Program-made: the position numbers and the translations under genes
Shown here: piece after piece, positions 16,276-24,977 of the stretch
Position numbering within the stretch: the first letter of the stretch is position 1
Layout: each line of letters starts with the position of its first letter
Virus genome (UHGV): UHGV-0123923
Source of the DNA: a virus
Length of the DNA: 40,997 bases
Strand: one strand, 5' to 3'
Notes under the pieces: generated by a model
Told to the model about the DNA's origin: nothing
Database searches by the model: none
What the model saw: only the letters and a program-made list of their open reading frames with translations

Positions 16276-16584
16276 TTGGATAAATTTACTGAAACAGTGA
16301 CGGGGTGGCTTCTCGCTGCCGCACTAGCCGGAGGGGTTATCGGACTACGACAACATAAGTCCGTTATTTCCGGCCCTATCGACGGCTTCTGCTTCATTGC
16401 AACTGGCTTCACTTGCGCCGTATTTGGTGCGCCTCTCGCGGCTCAATGGTTCGGTATTACCGGTGAGCGCGAGATAGCTGGCCTCGGATTCATCATCGCC
16501 ATTCTCTGGATGCCTATCTATTCCCGTCTCTCTGGTATCGTCGCCGGAGAATACATCTCACGTCGAGGAGGCCCGGATGAATGA
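16276..16584 (+). CDS. holin-like membrane protein (about three predicted TM segments)
   Basis: TTG start behind GGAGGA; hydrophobic segments; two genes upstream of the endolysin. Confidence 0.45.
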   Translation: MDKFTETVTGWLLAAALAGGVIGLRQHKSVISGPIDGFCFIATGFTCAVFGAPLAAQWFGITGEREIAGLGFIIAILWMPIYSRLSGIVAGEYISRRGGPDE

Positions 16585-16849
16585 ATTATTCTGGTTCGGC
16601 GGTATGCTGGCAATTGGGGGCACATCGCTGTTTAATGTATATCATCCCAGCGTGGACGACGGGCTATTTGGCCGGGTGCTCTATATCCTGACTGCTATAG
16701 TCTGCGCCGCCGGATGTATCCACCTGTTACAGGGCAGCATGTCACCGACGCTGCCTGAGACATTAATCACATTAGTCGCGCTGCGTCAGATTCGTCAGGC
16801 GTGGTTGTCATACGGAGGATATAAGCGTGTCTCGAAATATTTCAGATAA
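16577..16849 (+). CDS. small membrane protein (two TM; holin/antiholin partner candidate)
   Basis: overlaps neighbours; hydrophobic segments LFWFGGMLAIGGTSLF and VLYILTAIVCAAGCIHLL. Confidence 0.4.
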   Translation: MNELFWFGGMLAIGGTSLFNVYHPSVDDGLFGRVLYILTAIVCAAGCIHLLQGSMSPTLPETLITLVALRQIRQAWLSYGGYKRVSKYFR

Positions 16850-17312
16850 TGGATTGCATTTTACCGCTGCATTTGAGGGATTCCGCGGAACTGCGTATCG
16901 TGCTACGCCGAACGAGAAGTACCTGACTATTGGCTACGGGCACTACGGACCGGACGTAACCCCGGGTAAGACCATCACCCCGGGGCAAGGCCTCCTGTTA
17001 CTGAATCGCGATATGTCTAAAGCCGTAGCTGCGGTTGATGCCGCGGCGCACCATTCGCTTACACAGGCACAGTTCGATGCGGTATGTGACCTGGTGTATA
17101 ACGCAGGTGCTGGCGTGATTGCGTCTACTACGGGCACAGGCAAGGCACTGCGTTCTGGTGATACTGCAACACTGCGGGCTAAGCTGGCGCTGTTCATCAA
17201 CCAGAACGGCAAAACACTACTTGGCCTGCGTCGCCGTACCGCCGGGCGTCTGGCGCTGTTCGAAGGTAAGCCGTGGCAAGAGGCTGAGGCTATTGGGAGG
17301 GCTGTTAAATGA
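16827..17312 (+). CDS. endolysin, glycoside hydrolase family 24 lysozyme
   Basis: GTG start behind GGAGGA; motif TAAFEGFRGTAYRATPNEKYLTIGYGHYG typical of T4/lambda-R type lysozymes. Confidence 0.8.
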   Translation: MSRNISDNGLHFTAAFEGFRGTAYRATPNEKYLTIGYGHYGPDVTPGKTITPGQGLLLLNRDMSKAVAAVDAAAHHSLTQAQFDAVCDLVYNAGAGVIASTTGTGKALRSGDTATLRAKLALFINQNGKTLLGLRRRTAGRLALFEGKPWQEAEAIGRAVK

Positions 17313-17525
17313 TGGGCGAATACGAAGGCGTTTAGTATTCTGGTTAGGCCAAGTTTTTCGTATTTGCCAATGGAGGCCGTTATGGCACTGCAAGAGTTCA
17401 CCAACCCAGTTAAATCTCGTGACGATATTGACGAGCAGGTCGGTTACGGCGAAGGTTGACACCTAAGACTAATCCGACGATACTTAAATCACCTCCTGTT
17501 CCATCCCTCTGCTCTCCAGTTTTAT

Positions 17526-17556
17526 CCCGGCCCTGACCCAGCCGGGATTTTTTTTA
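17526..17556 (+). terminator. intrinsic terminator after the lysis genes
   Basis: CCCGGC-CCTGACCCA-GCCGGG followed by ATTTTTTTTATC. Confidence 0.65.
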
Positions 17557-17577
17557 TCTATCTTCCGCAATGACTAG

Positions 17578-17606
17578 TTGACTATTACTCTCACACCAAT
17601 TATATT
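17578..17606 (+). promoter_or_regulatory. promoter (TTGACT-N17-TATATT)
   Basis: TTGACT 17578..17583, TATATT 17601..17606; ACTATT half-site overlaps the -35. Confidence 0.5.
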
Positions 17607-17639
17607 TACTCCATCGACAACGAGAACGGAGTAGAGAAA

Positions 17640-17780
17640 ATGAAAATCACAGACATCGAAGCATTCAAAGACGCACAACTGATGGCACGCATCGCCGTTA
17701 GTAACCTGAGCAACAGCATTCCAGCGGACGCGTTCTGGTTCGCTGCGATGCAGACACTTAAAGCAGCTTACGCAGGAGAG
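17640..17780 (+). CDS. hypothetical small protein (46 aa)
   Basis: GGAG RBS; ATGA coupling to the next gene. Confidence 0.3.
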
Positions 17781-17944
17781 AAGAAATGAGCGAGTCAGAA
17801 GGAAATATCACGACACCATCCGCCGGGAAGAAAGTCAACCGCACCCCGTTCCCGACACGAGAGGAACTGATGAAACGTAACAGTTTCCCTGGGCCGGACA
17901 AGAACAAGTATCTTAATCGCATGTGGGGAGAGCGTAAAGAATGA
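17777..17944 (+). CDS. hypothetical small protein (55 aa)
   Basis: ATGA overlaps at both ends. Confidence 0.3.
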   Translation, partial: REEMSESEGNITTPSAGKKVNRTPFPTREELMKRNSFPGPDKNKYLNRMWGERKE

Positions 17945-18186
17945 CTGACCGCGAATATGAAAAGATGATGGTAGAGGCTGTTAACGGCGGCGTAGACATC
18001 GGACACGTGATGCACGTCCTGAATACTAAAATCGCGGTAGCTGAGCAAATGGTTGAGTCGCTTTATGAGACGCGCCGTGAACTGATTAACCGCTTCAACC
18101 TGAACAAGTGCGAACATGAGTTCGACTACAATCCGAAGGATATGTGTGGGCAGTGTATTAAATGCGGGGTACAGCGTCATGCCTAA
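17941..18186 (+). CDS. small protein with C-terminal zinc-ribbon-like motif
   Basis: CEHEF...CGQCIKCG. Confidence 0.45.
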   Translation: MTDREYEKMMVEAVNGGVDIGHVMHVLNTKIAVAEQMVESLYETRRELINRFNLNKCEHEFDYNPKDMCGQCIKCGVQRHA

Positions 18187-18427
18187 AATCACAATCGCAT
18201 CGCTCGAGCGCCGTATTCTGGTGCTTGAGTCGGAGAAACAGACGTTAGGCGGGCAACTGTCGATTAACGGTGAGTACCAGTTAGCCGCATTTAAGGTTCT
18301 TCTCATGTTGTTGAGAGGAGAAGAGGAAAAGATGAACGCCTGCGAGCATGATTACCGCCTGCATTTAGTTGATGGGGAGCATCGAGTCACATGCTTAAAA
18401 TGCGGTAAAGCGTATGAAAGCGCCTGA
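18179..18427 (+). CDS. small protein with C-terminal zinc-ribbon-like motif
   Basis: start moved to ATG (MPKITIAS) overlapping the upstream stop; CEHDY...CLKCGK. Confidence 0.45.
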   Translation: MPKITIASLERRILVLESEKQTLGGQLSINGEYQLAAFKVLLMLLRGEEEKMNACEHDYRLHLVDGEHRVTCLKCGKAYESA

Positions 18428-18596
18428 ACCCGTAGTTATCGATGGCGTCCTGTGGAAACCATACTCGGTTAACCACATCGACGCCGACGGGAAGAAGTTT
18501 AGTTTCTACATTTTTGCAATTAGCCGTGAGCACGCCGCCTGTGTGGTCGATGATATACGAGAAACGGCGTGGCTTGGCGATGAGATAGTGGGGTAA
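18414..18596 (+). CDS. hypothetical protein (60 aa)
   Basis: overlapping start; no motif. Confidence 0.45.
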   Translation: MKAPEPVVIDGVLWKPYSVNHIDADGKKFSFYIFAISREHAACVVDDIRETAWLGDEIVG

Positions 18597-18598
18597 GT

Positions 18599-18769
18599 AT
18601 GTTCAGTGACATTAACGCGGCAATCGAAGAAGCAATCTGGCGTCGCTACAACGGCGAGCAACAACGGCACTTCTGCCTGGTGCAGCGCGGTAACGTGATT
18701 GCCGTGGTACAGGACCGCGATAGTAAATATCCGAATGCGATGTGGACAACGAGGAATTTCTTAGGATGA
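18599..18769 (+). CDS. hypothetical small protein (56 aa)
   Basis: ATG 3 nt after the previous stop; stop overlaps the next ATG. Confidence 0.3.
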   Translation: MFSDINAAIEEAIWRRYNGEQQRHFCLVQRGNVIAVVQDRDSKYPNAMWTTRNFLG

Positions 18770-19002
18770 TTACCAGCATTCCGAACCTGATTAAAGAATT
18801 CGGCACGATGGCGGAGACATGCCGACAAACCGGCATCAACGAGATGACGATTGCCAAGTACAGCAAAGACGTTAACTGCGAGCGCCATGTAATTTATAAC
18901 AACCGTCTGATGACGCACGTTAAGACAAGCCCGGTGTTATTCACGCGCCGGGGTATCACTAAAACGGAGCAACGTATTGCTAAAGAGGAGAGTGGGGGAT
19001 GA
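18766..19002 (+). CDS. hypothetical protein, possible HTH
   Basis: start moved to the internal ATG; segment ETCRQTGINEMTIAKYSK resembles an HTH. Confidence 0.4.
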   Translation: MITSIPNLIKEFGTMAETCRQTGINEMTIAKYSKDVNCERHVIYNNRLMTHVKTSPVLFTRRGITKTEQRIAKEESGG

Positions 19003-19157
19003 TTAGTATTCTGGAGTTCATCGACAACCAAGTTTGGTACGAGCCAGAGTTAAATAAGTATTCAGTTAATGGGAAAATATTTCGGCGCAAAGGCCAGGCA
19101 GAGCGTTACGCAGCTAAACTATACCGTCAGCTTGTCAAGGATGGTTTCTTCAAATGA
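18999..19157 (+). CDS. hypothetical small protein (52 aa)
   Basis: ATGA overlap; below the ORF-track cutoff. Confidence 0.3.
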   Translation: MISILEFIDNQVWYEPELNKYSVNGKIFRRKGQAERYAAKLYRQLVKDGFFK

Positions 19158-19259
19158 GACTACTAATCATCCCTAACGCCCGGGCCATTCCCGTAGCTAA
19201 CGACCATTACGGCGGCGACGGTAAAAGAGCACCACGCCACGGCCTATACAACTGATACA

Positions 19260-19284
19260 AGCCCTCTACCGAGGGCTTTTCTGT
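19260..19284 (+). terminator. intrinsic terminator before the packaging genes
   Basis: GCCCTC-TACC-GAGGGC followed by TTTTCTGT. Confidence 0.6.
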
Positions 19285-19376
19285 ACATCCTGCCCAATCA
19301 CCCTATATAATCCCTTTAGACGCGTAGGGCGCGTCTGGTGCGCTCTGATGGTCAGACGCATATGCAAGGGGATTAT

Positions 19377-19922
19377 ATGAAGCTGAAACTCAAGCAGCCA
19401 TCGCCAGAGGTGGTGCAAGCTGCACATGAAGAAGCTGTTAGTGCAAACCGCCGACGTAAACGACCGCGTGGGAAACAGAGCCTTTATCAATCGTCCCGTA
19501 ATTCCGCCGCGTTGTGGGACCCGGACTATTGCGACGCGTTAATCGAGTTCTTCGACCGTACGTCGTGGGAACTTGTGCCTACGTCCAAGGGTGACGAACG
19601 TCCGCTGATTCAGGATAAACCGCCGTCACTGGCCCGCTTCGCCTCACACATCGGCGTAACTATCCCGATTATTAAGCTGTGGCTGCGTGAGATTCCCGCA
19701 TTTGCAGAAGCCTATGAAACAGCACAGGCGCTGGAAGAGGCATATTTCACTGAGACAGGGGCCGCGGGCATCTCTGCTACGTTCGCCGCAGCTAAACTGG
19801 GCCTCGGTAAAGAGAAACCAGTCGAATCCACCGAAGAAACGGCACCGACTGAGATTATTTTTAGTGTTGCAGAGCCTGTAGGTAAAATTGTAACAACGAA
19901 TATGGGTGAGGTAGAGGAATGA
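19377..19922 (+). CDS. terminase small subunit candidate
   Basis: ATG behind AAGGGGA; immediately upstream of and overlapping (ATGA) the large terminase; basic N-terminus. Confidence 0.5.
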   Translation: MKLKLKQPSPEVVQAAHEEAVSANRRRKRPRGKQSLYQSSRNSAALWDPDYCDALIEFFDRTSWELVPTSKGDERPLIQDKPPSLARFASHIGVTIPIIKLWLREIPAFAEAYETAQALEEAYFTETGAAGISATFAAAKLGLGKEKPVESTEETAPTEIIFSVAEPVGKIVTTNMGEVEE

Positions 19923-21169
19923 GTATTCAGCTATCCGCACCGCAGGCACTGTTCCTGAATTGCGGTAACAAATACAAAGCCTATGTCGGCGGCTTCGGCA
20001 GCGGAAAGACATTTGTTGGCTGCCTTGACCTGCTTACGTTTATGCTCAAGCATCCAGGTACGCGCCTGGGTTACTTCGGCCCGACATACCCGGCTATCCG
20101 TGACATCTTCTACCCAACATTTGAGGAAGCCGCTAACCTGCTCGGCCTCGATGTGCTGGTTAAATCTGGCGACAAAGAAGTCGTGGTTACTCGCGGTAAG
20201 ACGGTGCTCGGTACAGTTATCTGCCGTTCTATGGATAACCCAGGCTCGATAGTCGGCTTCAAAATCGCTGCTGCGGTCGTGGATGAGCTTGATGTATTGA
20301 GCCGTGAGAAAGCTGAGCTGGCGTGGAACAAAATAGTCGCCCGTATGCGTCTGGTTATCCCCGGCGTAACTAACCACATCTCTGTCACCACGACACCGGA
20401 AGGGTTCAAGTTCGTCTACGCCAAGTTCAAAGAGAACCCGACGCCGAGTTACTCGATGGTGCAGGCTTCTACACACGAGAACGCGCGATTCCTGCCGCCT
20501 GACTACATTAGCTCACTGACCGAGACTTACCCCGCGCAACTGATTAACGCGTACCTGAACGGTGAGTTCGTTAACCTGACATCCGGCAGCGTGTATTATG
20601 CGTATGACCGTCGCAAGCACCGCAGCAAAGAGACAATTCAACCGGGCGATACACTGTACATCGGGCAGGACTTCAACGTTACGAAGAACGCCAGCGCCGT
20701 GTATGTGCAACGTAAAGACGGCTGGCACGCGGTGGCAGAACTGAAAGGTCTGTTTGATACGCCGGACACCGTGCGTGTAATTACTGAGAAGTGGAAGTCG
20801 CAGGGCCACCGCATAGTCGTTTACCCGGACGCCAGCGGCAAGAACCGCAAGACCAACTCGGCGTCAATCTCAGATATTGCGTTACTCCAGCAGGCCGGTT
20901 TCGATGTTCGCGCTAAATCCGCCAACCCTCCGGTTAAAGACCGTGTTTTAGCCGTGAATACCGCACTGGAAAAAGGTAAGCTGTGGGTTAATGACCACTT
21001 ATGCCCCGAGATAGCGAAGACGCTGGAGCAGCAGGCATACGATGATAACGGAGAGCCAGCTAAAGACGGCATCATTGACCATATGGCGGATGCTCTCGGC
21101 TATCCTGTAGTTTACGAGATGCCGGTGGTTAAACCAGTAATCAACATCCCGGTGACTTTCGCACTTTAA
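19919..21169 (+). CDS. terminase large subunit
   Basis: 416 aa; Walker A GGFGSGKT, Walker B VVDELD; GAGGTAGAGG RBS. Confidence 0.85.
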   Translation: MSIQLSAPQALFLNCGNKYKAYVGGFGSGKTFVGCLDLLTFMLKHPGTRLGYFGPTYPAIRDIFYPTFEEAANLLGLDVLVKSGDKEVVVTRGKTVLGTVICRSMDNPGSIVGFKIAAAVVDELDVLSREKAELAWNKIVARMRLVIPGVTNHISVTTTPEGFKFVYAKFKENPTPSYSMVQASTHENARFLPPDYISSLTETYPAQLINAYLNGEFVNLTSGSVYYAYDRRKHRSKETIQPGDTLYIGQDFNVTKNASAVYVQRKDGWHAVAELKGLFDTPDTVRVITEKWKSQGHRIVVYPDASGKNRKTNSASISDIALLQQAGFDVRAKSANPPVKDRVLAVNTALEKGKLWVNDHLCPEIAKTLEQQAYDDNGEPAKDGIIDHMADALGYPVVYEMPVVKPVINIPVTFAL

Positions 21170-21180
21170 GAGGACAACAA

Positions 21181-22674
21181 ATGGTTTCCGCAAACATTAA
21201 CGCAGGGCAAGGGCAGAACGTTAAAACCCGCCACCGCCAGTACGAAGAGTATTTCCCTAAGTGGCAGAAGGTGCGACATGCGCTTTCTGGCGACCTGACA
21301 TCGTATCTACGTGACGTCAGTAAGAACGAGCCGGACCCGGTTTACGGTCGCCAGCGTCAGGCTGAATACGAAGCGGGGGCAATTTGCTACAACTTCACCA
21401 AGCGAACGCTTTCAGGCATGGTCGGCAGCGTAATGCGCAAAGACCCCGAGATGATTATTCCGTCTCAGATGGAATACCTGACCACTAACTGTGACGGGTC
21501 GGGCGTTGGCCTGTGGCAGCACGCACAGGATACTCTGTATGAGATTGATGCTGTTGGTCGCGGTGGGTTGCTGGTTGACGCCCCCGCGGTAGAAGTAGCT
21601 ACCATGGCAGAGCAAAACGAGGGTTTACTAAACCCAACAATCGCTTTCTACACCGCAGAGAATATCATCAACTGGCGTCTCCAGCGCGTCGGGTCTGTTA
21701 ATCGTGTGGTTATGGTTGTATTGCGTGAGGAATACGAGTACACCGATGGCGCGGATGAGTTCAGCCCCAACTACGGCGAGCAATACCGAGTCCTTGATAT
21801 TTTCGAAGGCCAGTATCGCCAGCGTCTGTACCGCTTTAACCAGAAAGGTGCACTGACGGAAGGTGGCTATATCGAAATATTCCCGAAACTCGGTAATATT
21901 CCGGTCGGGGTGATTCCGTTCACGTTCATCGGCGCGGGAAATAACGACTCAACCCCTGACGATGCACCTTTGCTGCCGTTGGCTGAACTTAATATCGGGC
22001 ACTTCCGCAACAGCGCGGACAATGAGGAGTCCAGCTTCGTCGTAGGCCAGCCTACTCTGTTCATCGCCCCCGGTGAGAACATGAGCATGGGACAATGGAA
22101 AGAAGCCAACCCTCACGGAGTGCGTATGGGGTCACGTTCTGGCCATAACATCGGTTACGGCGGCAATGCGTTTCTGGTCCAGGCCAGTGAGAACAACCTA
22201 GCCAAGCAGAACATGTTGGATAAAGAGAACCAGGCAATCCAGATTGGTGCACAGCTTATTACCCCGACGCAGCAAATCACCGCGGAATCGGCACGCCTGC
22301 AACGCGGCGCTGATACGTCCGTTATGGCAACAATCGCACGTAACGTAAGCATGGCGTATACCGATGCGTTGCGCTGGGTCGCGGGTATGCTTGGGATTAG
22401 CGACAGCACTGAAATTGAGTTCAAACTGAACATGGAGTTCTTCCTGCAACCAATGACCGCTCAGGACCGCGCGCAGTGGATGGCGGATATTAACGCGGGC
22501 CTGTTACCGGCTACCGCTTACTATGCTGCGTTGCGTAAGGCGGGGGTAACTGACTGGACAGACGAGGACATTCAGAACGCTATCGAGGATGCGCCTCTGC
22601 CATTAGGTGCTGTTGCTCAGGTGGCTGGGGAGATTCCGCAGTCGGCGCAGCAAAAAGACCCCACCCAGCAGTAA
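21181..22674 (+). CDS. portal protein
   Basis: 497 aa directly after the terminase; AAGAGGA RBS; size and position. Confidence 0.75.
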   Translation: MVSANINAGQGQNVKTRHRQYEEYFPKWQKVRHALSGDLTSYLRDVSKNEPDPVYGRQRQAEYEAGAICYNFTKRTLSGMVGSVMRKDPEMIIPSQMEYLTTNCDGSGVGLWQHAQDTLYEIDAVGRGGLLVDAPAVEVATMAEQNEGLLNPTIAFYTAENIINWRLQRVGSVNRVVMVVLREEYEYTDGADEFSPNYGEQYRVLDIFEGQYRQRLYRFNQKGALTEGGYIEIFPKLGNIPVGVIPFTFIGAGNNDSTPDDAPLLPLAELNIGHFRNSADNEESSFVVGQPTLFIAPGENMSMGQWKEANPHGVRMGSRSGHNIGYGGNAFLVQASENNLAKQNMLDKENQAIQIGAQLITPTQQITAESARLQRGADTSVMATIARNVSMAYTDALRWVAGMLGISDSTEIEFKLNMEFFLQPMTAQDRAQWMADINAGLLPATAYYAALRKAGVTDWTDEDIQNAIEDAPLPLGAVAQVAGEIPQSAQQKDPTQQ

Positions 22675-22684
22675 GTTCACATAT

Positions 22685-22705
22685 AGCCCCGAAAGGGGCT
22701 TTCTT
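22685..22705 (+). terminator. hairpin/weak terminator after the portal gene
   Basis: AGCCCC-GAAA-GGGGCT followed by TTCTT. Confidence 0.45.
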
Positions 22706-22710
22706 ATAGT

Positions 22711-23787
22711 ATGCTATTAACTTTAGCGCCACAGGGTTTATCTATGAGCTTACTTACATCACTAATCAGCCACCAGATATGGCTGCAACGCACCGCATCC
22801 GGTGAGGTGAAAGACCTCGCGCCGTTCATTAAGGAGATGCGGGACGAAATCAAACGGCAGGTGCTGCTATTCAGCGACGACGGTCGCAGCACTGCGCGAC
22901 TGAATAAACTGTTACGTGACCTTGAAGAAGCACTGACAGGACTTACTGGTGACTGGCAAACAAAGCTGGCAGAAGACCTCAAGGAACTGGCGGTGTATGA
23001 AGCTGAGTGGAACGTAAAGACCCTGTCCGCCAACGTAGATGCGGAATTTGTTACGCCCACCGCCGAACAGGTGTGGGCCGCTGCTGAGTTTCAGCCATTA
23101 TCATTGAGTGGCAAGCCAGTTGATTTCACTAAACTGATGTCAGGTTGGGGTGAAACGGAAGTAGCACGTCTTGTAACCGGCGTTAAGATGGGCTTTGTAC
23201 AAGGTCAAACAACACGGCAGATTGTTAAGAATGTAGTAGGCGCCGGTGGGCTGGCTGACATCTCTGAGCGTAACGCCGCTACCGTCATCCGCACCGCGCT
23301 GTCTCACGTGTCCAACGAAGCCCGTAACGAGACGTACCGCCAGAACGACGACATCATCGAGAAGTACGAGTGGGTGTCAACGCTTGACAGCCGCACCAGT
23401 ACGATTTGCAGGGTCAGAGACGGGATGACGTGGGAAATTGGTAAGGGGCCGATGCCCCCTGCCCATCCGAACTGCCGGTCGTGCACGGCTCCGGTAATCA
23501 GTTCCGAGTTCGACTTCCTTGATAAAGGCGCAAAACGCGCGGCTAAAGGCGCGGAAGGTGGCACTCAGGTAAGCGTAGACACCACTTACTACGAGTTCCT
23601 TAAACAACAACCGGCGTGGTTTCAGGACCAGGCGCTCGGCCCGGTGCGAGGTAAGATTTTCCGTAACAGCGGTATATCGCCGGAAGAGTTTCGCGTAATA
23701 TCTGTAGATGGTTTCGGGAATCCGCTCACGCTTAAGCAGATGGCGGAACTCGATAAACGTGTTGCTGATTATCTGAAAGGGGAATAA
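22711..23787 (+). CDS. head morphogenesis / minor head protein (Mu F-like, SPP1 gp7-like)
   Basis: 358 aa downstream of the portal; no RBS at the annotated ATG, so start is uncertain. Confidence 0.55.
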   Translation: MLLTLAPQGLSMSLLTSLISHQIWLQRTASGEVKDLAPFIKEMRDEIKRQVLLFSDDGRSTARLNKLLRDLEEALTGLTGDWQTKLAEDLKELAVYEAEWNVKTLSANVDAEFVTPTAEQVWAAAEFQPLSLSGKPVDFTKLMSGWGETEVARLVTGVKMGFVQGQTTRQIVKNVVGAGGLADISERNAATVIRTALSHVSNEARNETYRQNDDIIEKYEWVSTLDSRTSTICRVRDGMTWEIGKGPMPPAHPNCRSCTAPVISSEFDFLDKGAKRAAKGAEGGTQVSVDTTYYEFLKQQPAWFQDQALGPVRGKIFRNSGISPEEFRVISVDGFGNPLTLKQMAELDKRVADYLKGE

Positions 23788-24248
23788 TGATGGGCTTTTT
23801 CAAAGTAACTGACGTACCGTCTCGTCGCGTAGTCCAGTACGCCCGCGTGTCTGGCTCTGGCGAGAACGTGGTGTTTATTGAAGACGAAAGTGTACTCGGA
23901 ACACCAGTGGACGATATGCCGTTTGCGGACAAGACCGGTATTGCGCTGCCAGCGGCAGGTATGCTTTATGAGATTCAGTACCTGGCGGATGCTGGTGATG
24001 TGTATTTCTCCGTACAACCGCAGGACGCTGAACTGGCAGACGGCAGCGCAAATATCGCTGTCGAAGTTAAGGCGGGCAAAGCACCATATGCGCTGACCTG
24101 GTACAAAGACGGGAAGGAAGTGGTAAACGCCCCGGAAGAGGCTCTGTCTCTGACGGTTAACGCAGTTGGTGAATACTTCGTTAAAGTCACTGATGCCGAC
24201 GGTATAGAGGCCGTAAGTAAAGCAGCGAAGGTTACTAAGCCAGAATAA
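23787..24248 (+). CDS. virion-associated protein with probable C-terminal Ig-like domain
   Basis: 153 aa; AAAGGGGAA RBS; motifs YALTWYKDGKEV...GEYFVKVTDADG resemble bacterial Ig-like domains. Confidence 0.4.
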   Translation: MMGFFKVTDVPSRRVVQYARVSGSGENVVFIEDESVLGTPVDDMPFADKTGIALPAAGMLYEIQYLADAGDVYFSVQPQDAELADGSANIAVEVKAGKAPYALTWYKDGKEVVNAPEEALSLTVNAVGEYFVKVTDADGIEAVSKAAKVTKPE

Positions 24249-24253
24249 ACTGA

Positions 24254-24275
24254 AGCCCCGAAAGGGGCTTTTTAG
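24254..24275 (+). terminator. intrinsic terminator
   Basis: AGCCCC-GAAA-GGGGCT followed by TTTTTAG. Confidence 0.7.
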
Positions 24276-24323
24276 TGCCTGTGATTATTCCAGTTATTCC
24301 ACTCAATTGTAAATGTTGGAATA

Positions 24324-24366
24324 AACTATTCGAATAGTTGACTTTTCACCAAAAATGTGCTAAGCT
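24324..24366 (+). promoter_or_regulatory. promoter (TTGACT-N17-TAAGCT) preceded by a perfect 16 bp palindrome AACTATTCGAATAGTT
   Basis: palindrome 24324..24339 overlaps the -35 (24338..24343); -10 at 24361..24366 preceded by TG. Confidence 0.45.
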
Positions 24367-24546
24367 CCACCTGAGCTTGTGAAGTATGAACAAGCGACCG
24401 CGGCGCGGGCAGGTAACGGAGCGGGACGTAAGTCCTGAGTGTAGTTACGCTGACGCGTTCGGAAGGGCCATACTCTATTGCTTGTGTAAAAAGTAACTTG
24501 TTTACTGAGATTACGCCGTTTCTATGTTTAAATGATAAGGACTAGC

Positions 24547-24566
24547 GCCCCGCTTTAAGGCGGGGC
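24547..24566. other. conserved GC hairpin element, copy 2 (GCCCCGC-TTTAAG-GCGGGGC), terminator-like on the + strand
   Basis: same stem and flanks as 13054..13073 in inverted orientation; followed by TTTACTT; 24 nt upstream of the Rz start. Confidence 0.5.
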
Positions 24567-24590
24567 TTTACTTATCGAGAAAGGGGAAAC

Positions 24591-24977
24591 ATGAATCTTA
24601 AAGCAACTGTCGTAGCGGGAGCATGTTTCATCATCCTGGCTTACGCACACGGCATCTACCAGTATCGCAGCGGCTGGAACGGAGGCCGGGCGAATCTCGT
24701 TTCGCAGCAACAGCAGAAAGCACAGGCTGAGTTAGCTAAGAAAACACAACGGCAGCAGCAGGATGAATCGAAGGCCGCCGCCGCTGATAACGAAGGCAAG
24801 ACGAAATCAGAGGTAATCACCCGTGAAGTCGTTAAGTACATTAAAACGCCTGGCCGCAGCGTGTGCACTTTTGACCCTGAGCGCGTGCAGCTCAAGTCCC
24901 GCGCCGTCGCAAACGCCAATTCCATCCCCGGATACGACGATGATGCAGCCGCCGTGCAAACTGGCACTGCCAAGTAA
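24591..24977 (+). CDS. i-spanin (Rz-like)
   Basis: AAAGGGGAAAC RBS; N-terminal TM segment followed by a Gln/Lys/Ala-rich helical region; overlapped by a lipoprotein gene in another frame. Confidence 0.6.
   Translation: MNLKATVVAGACFIILAYAHGIYQYRSGWNGGRANLVSQQQQKAQAELAKKTQRQQQDESKAAAADNEGKTKSEVITREVVKYIKTPGRSVCTFDPERVQLKSRAVANANSIPGYDDDAAAVQTGTAK

Noticed and set aside
17382-17459. 25 aa ORF with a GGAGG RBS just downstream of the endolysin
   Set aside because: Too short to support without expression data; could be a real micro-protein, but I left it out of the feature list
24370-24545. Possible tRNA gene in the long non-coding leader
   Set aside because: No GTTCRANYC T-loop with a matching stem and no cloverleaf arrangement could be found by eye; needs tRNAscan-SE to confirm absence
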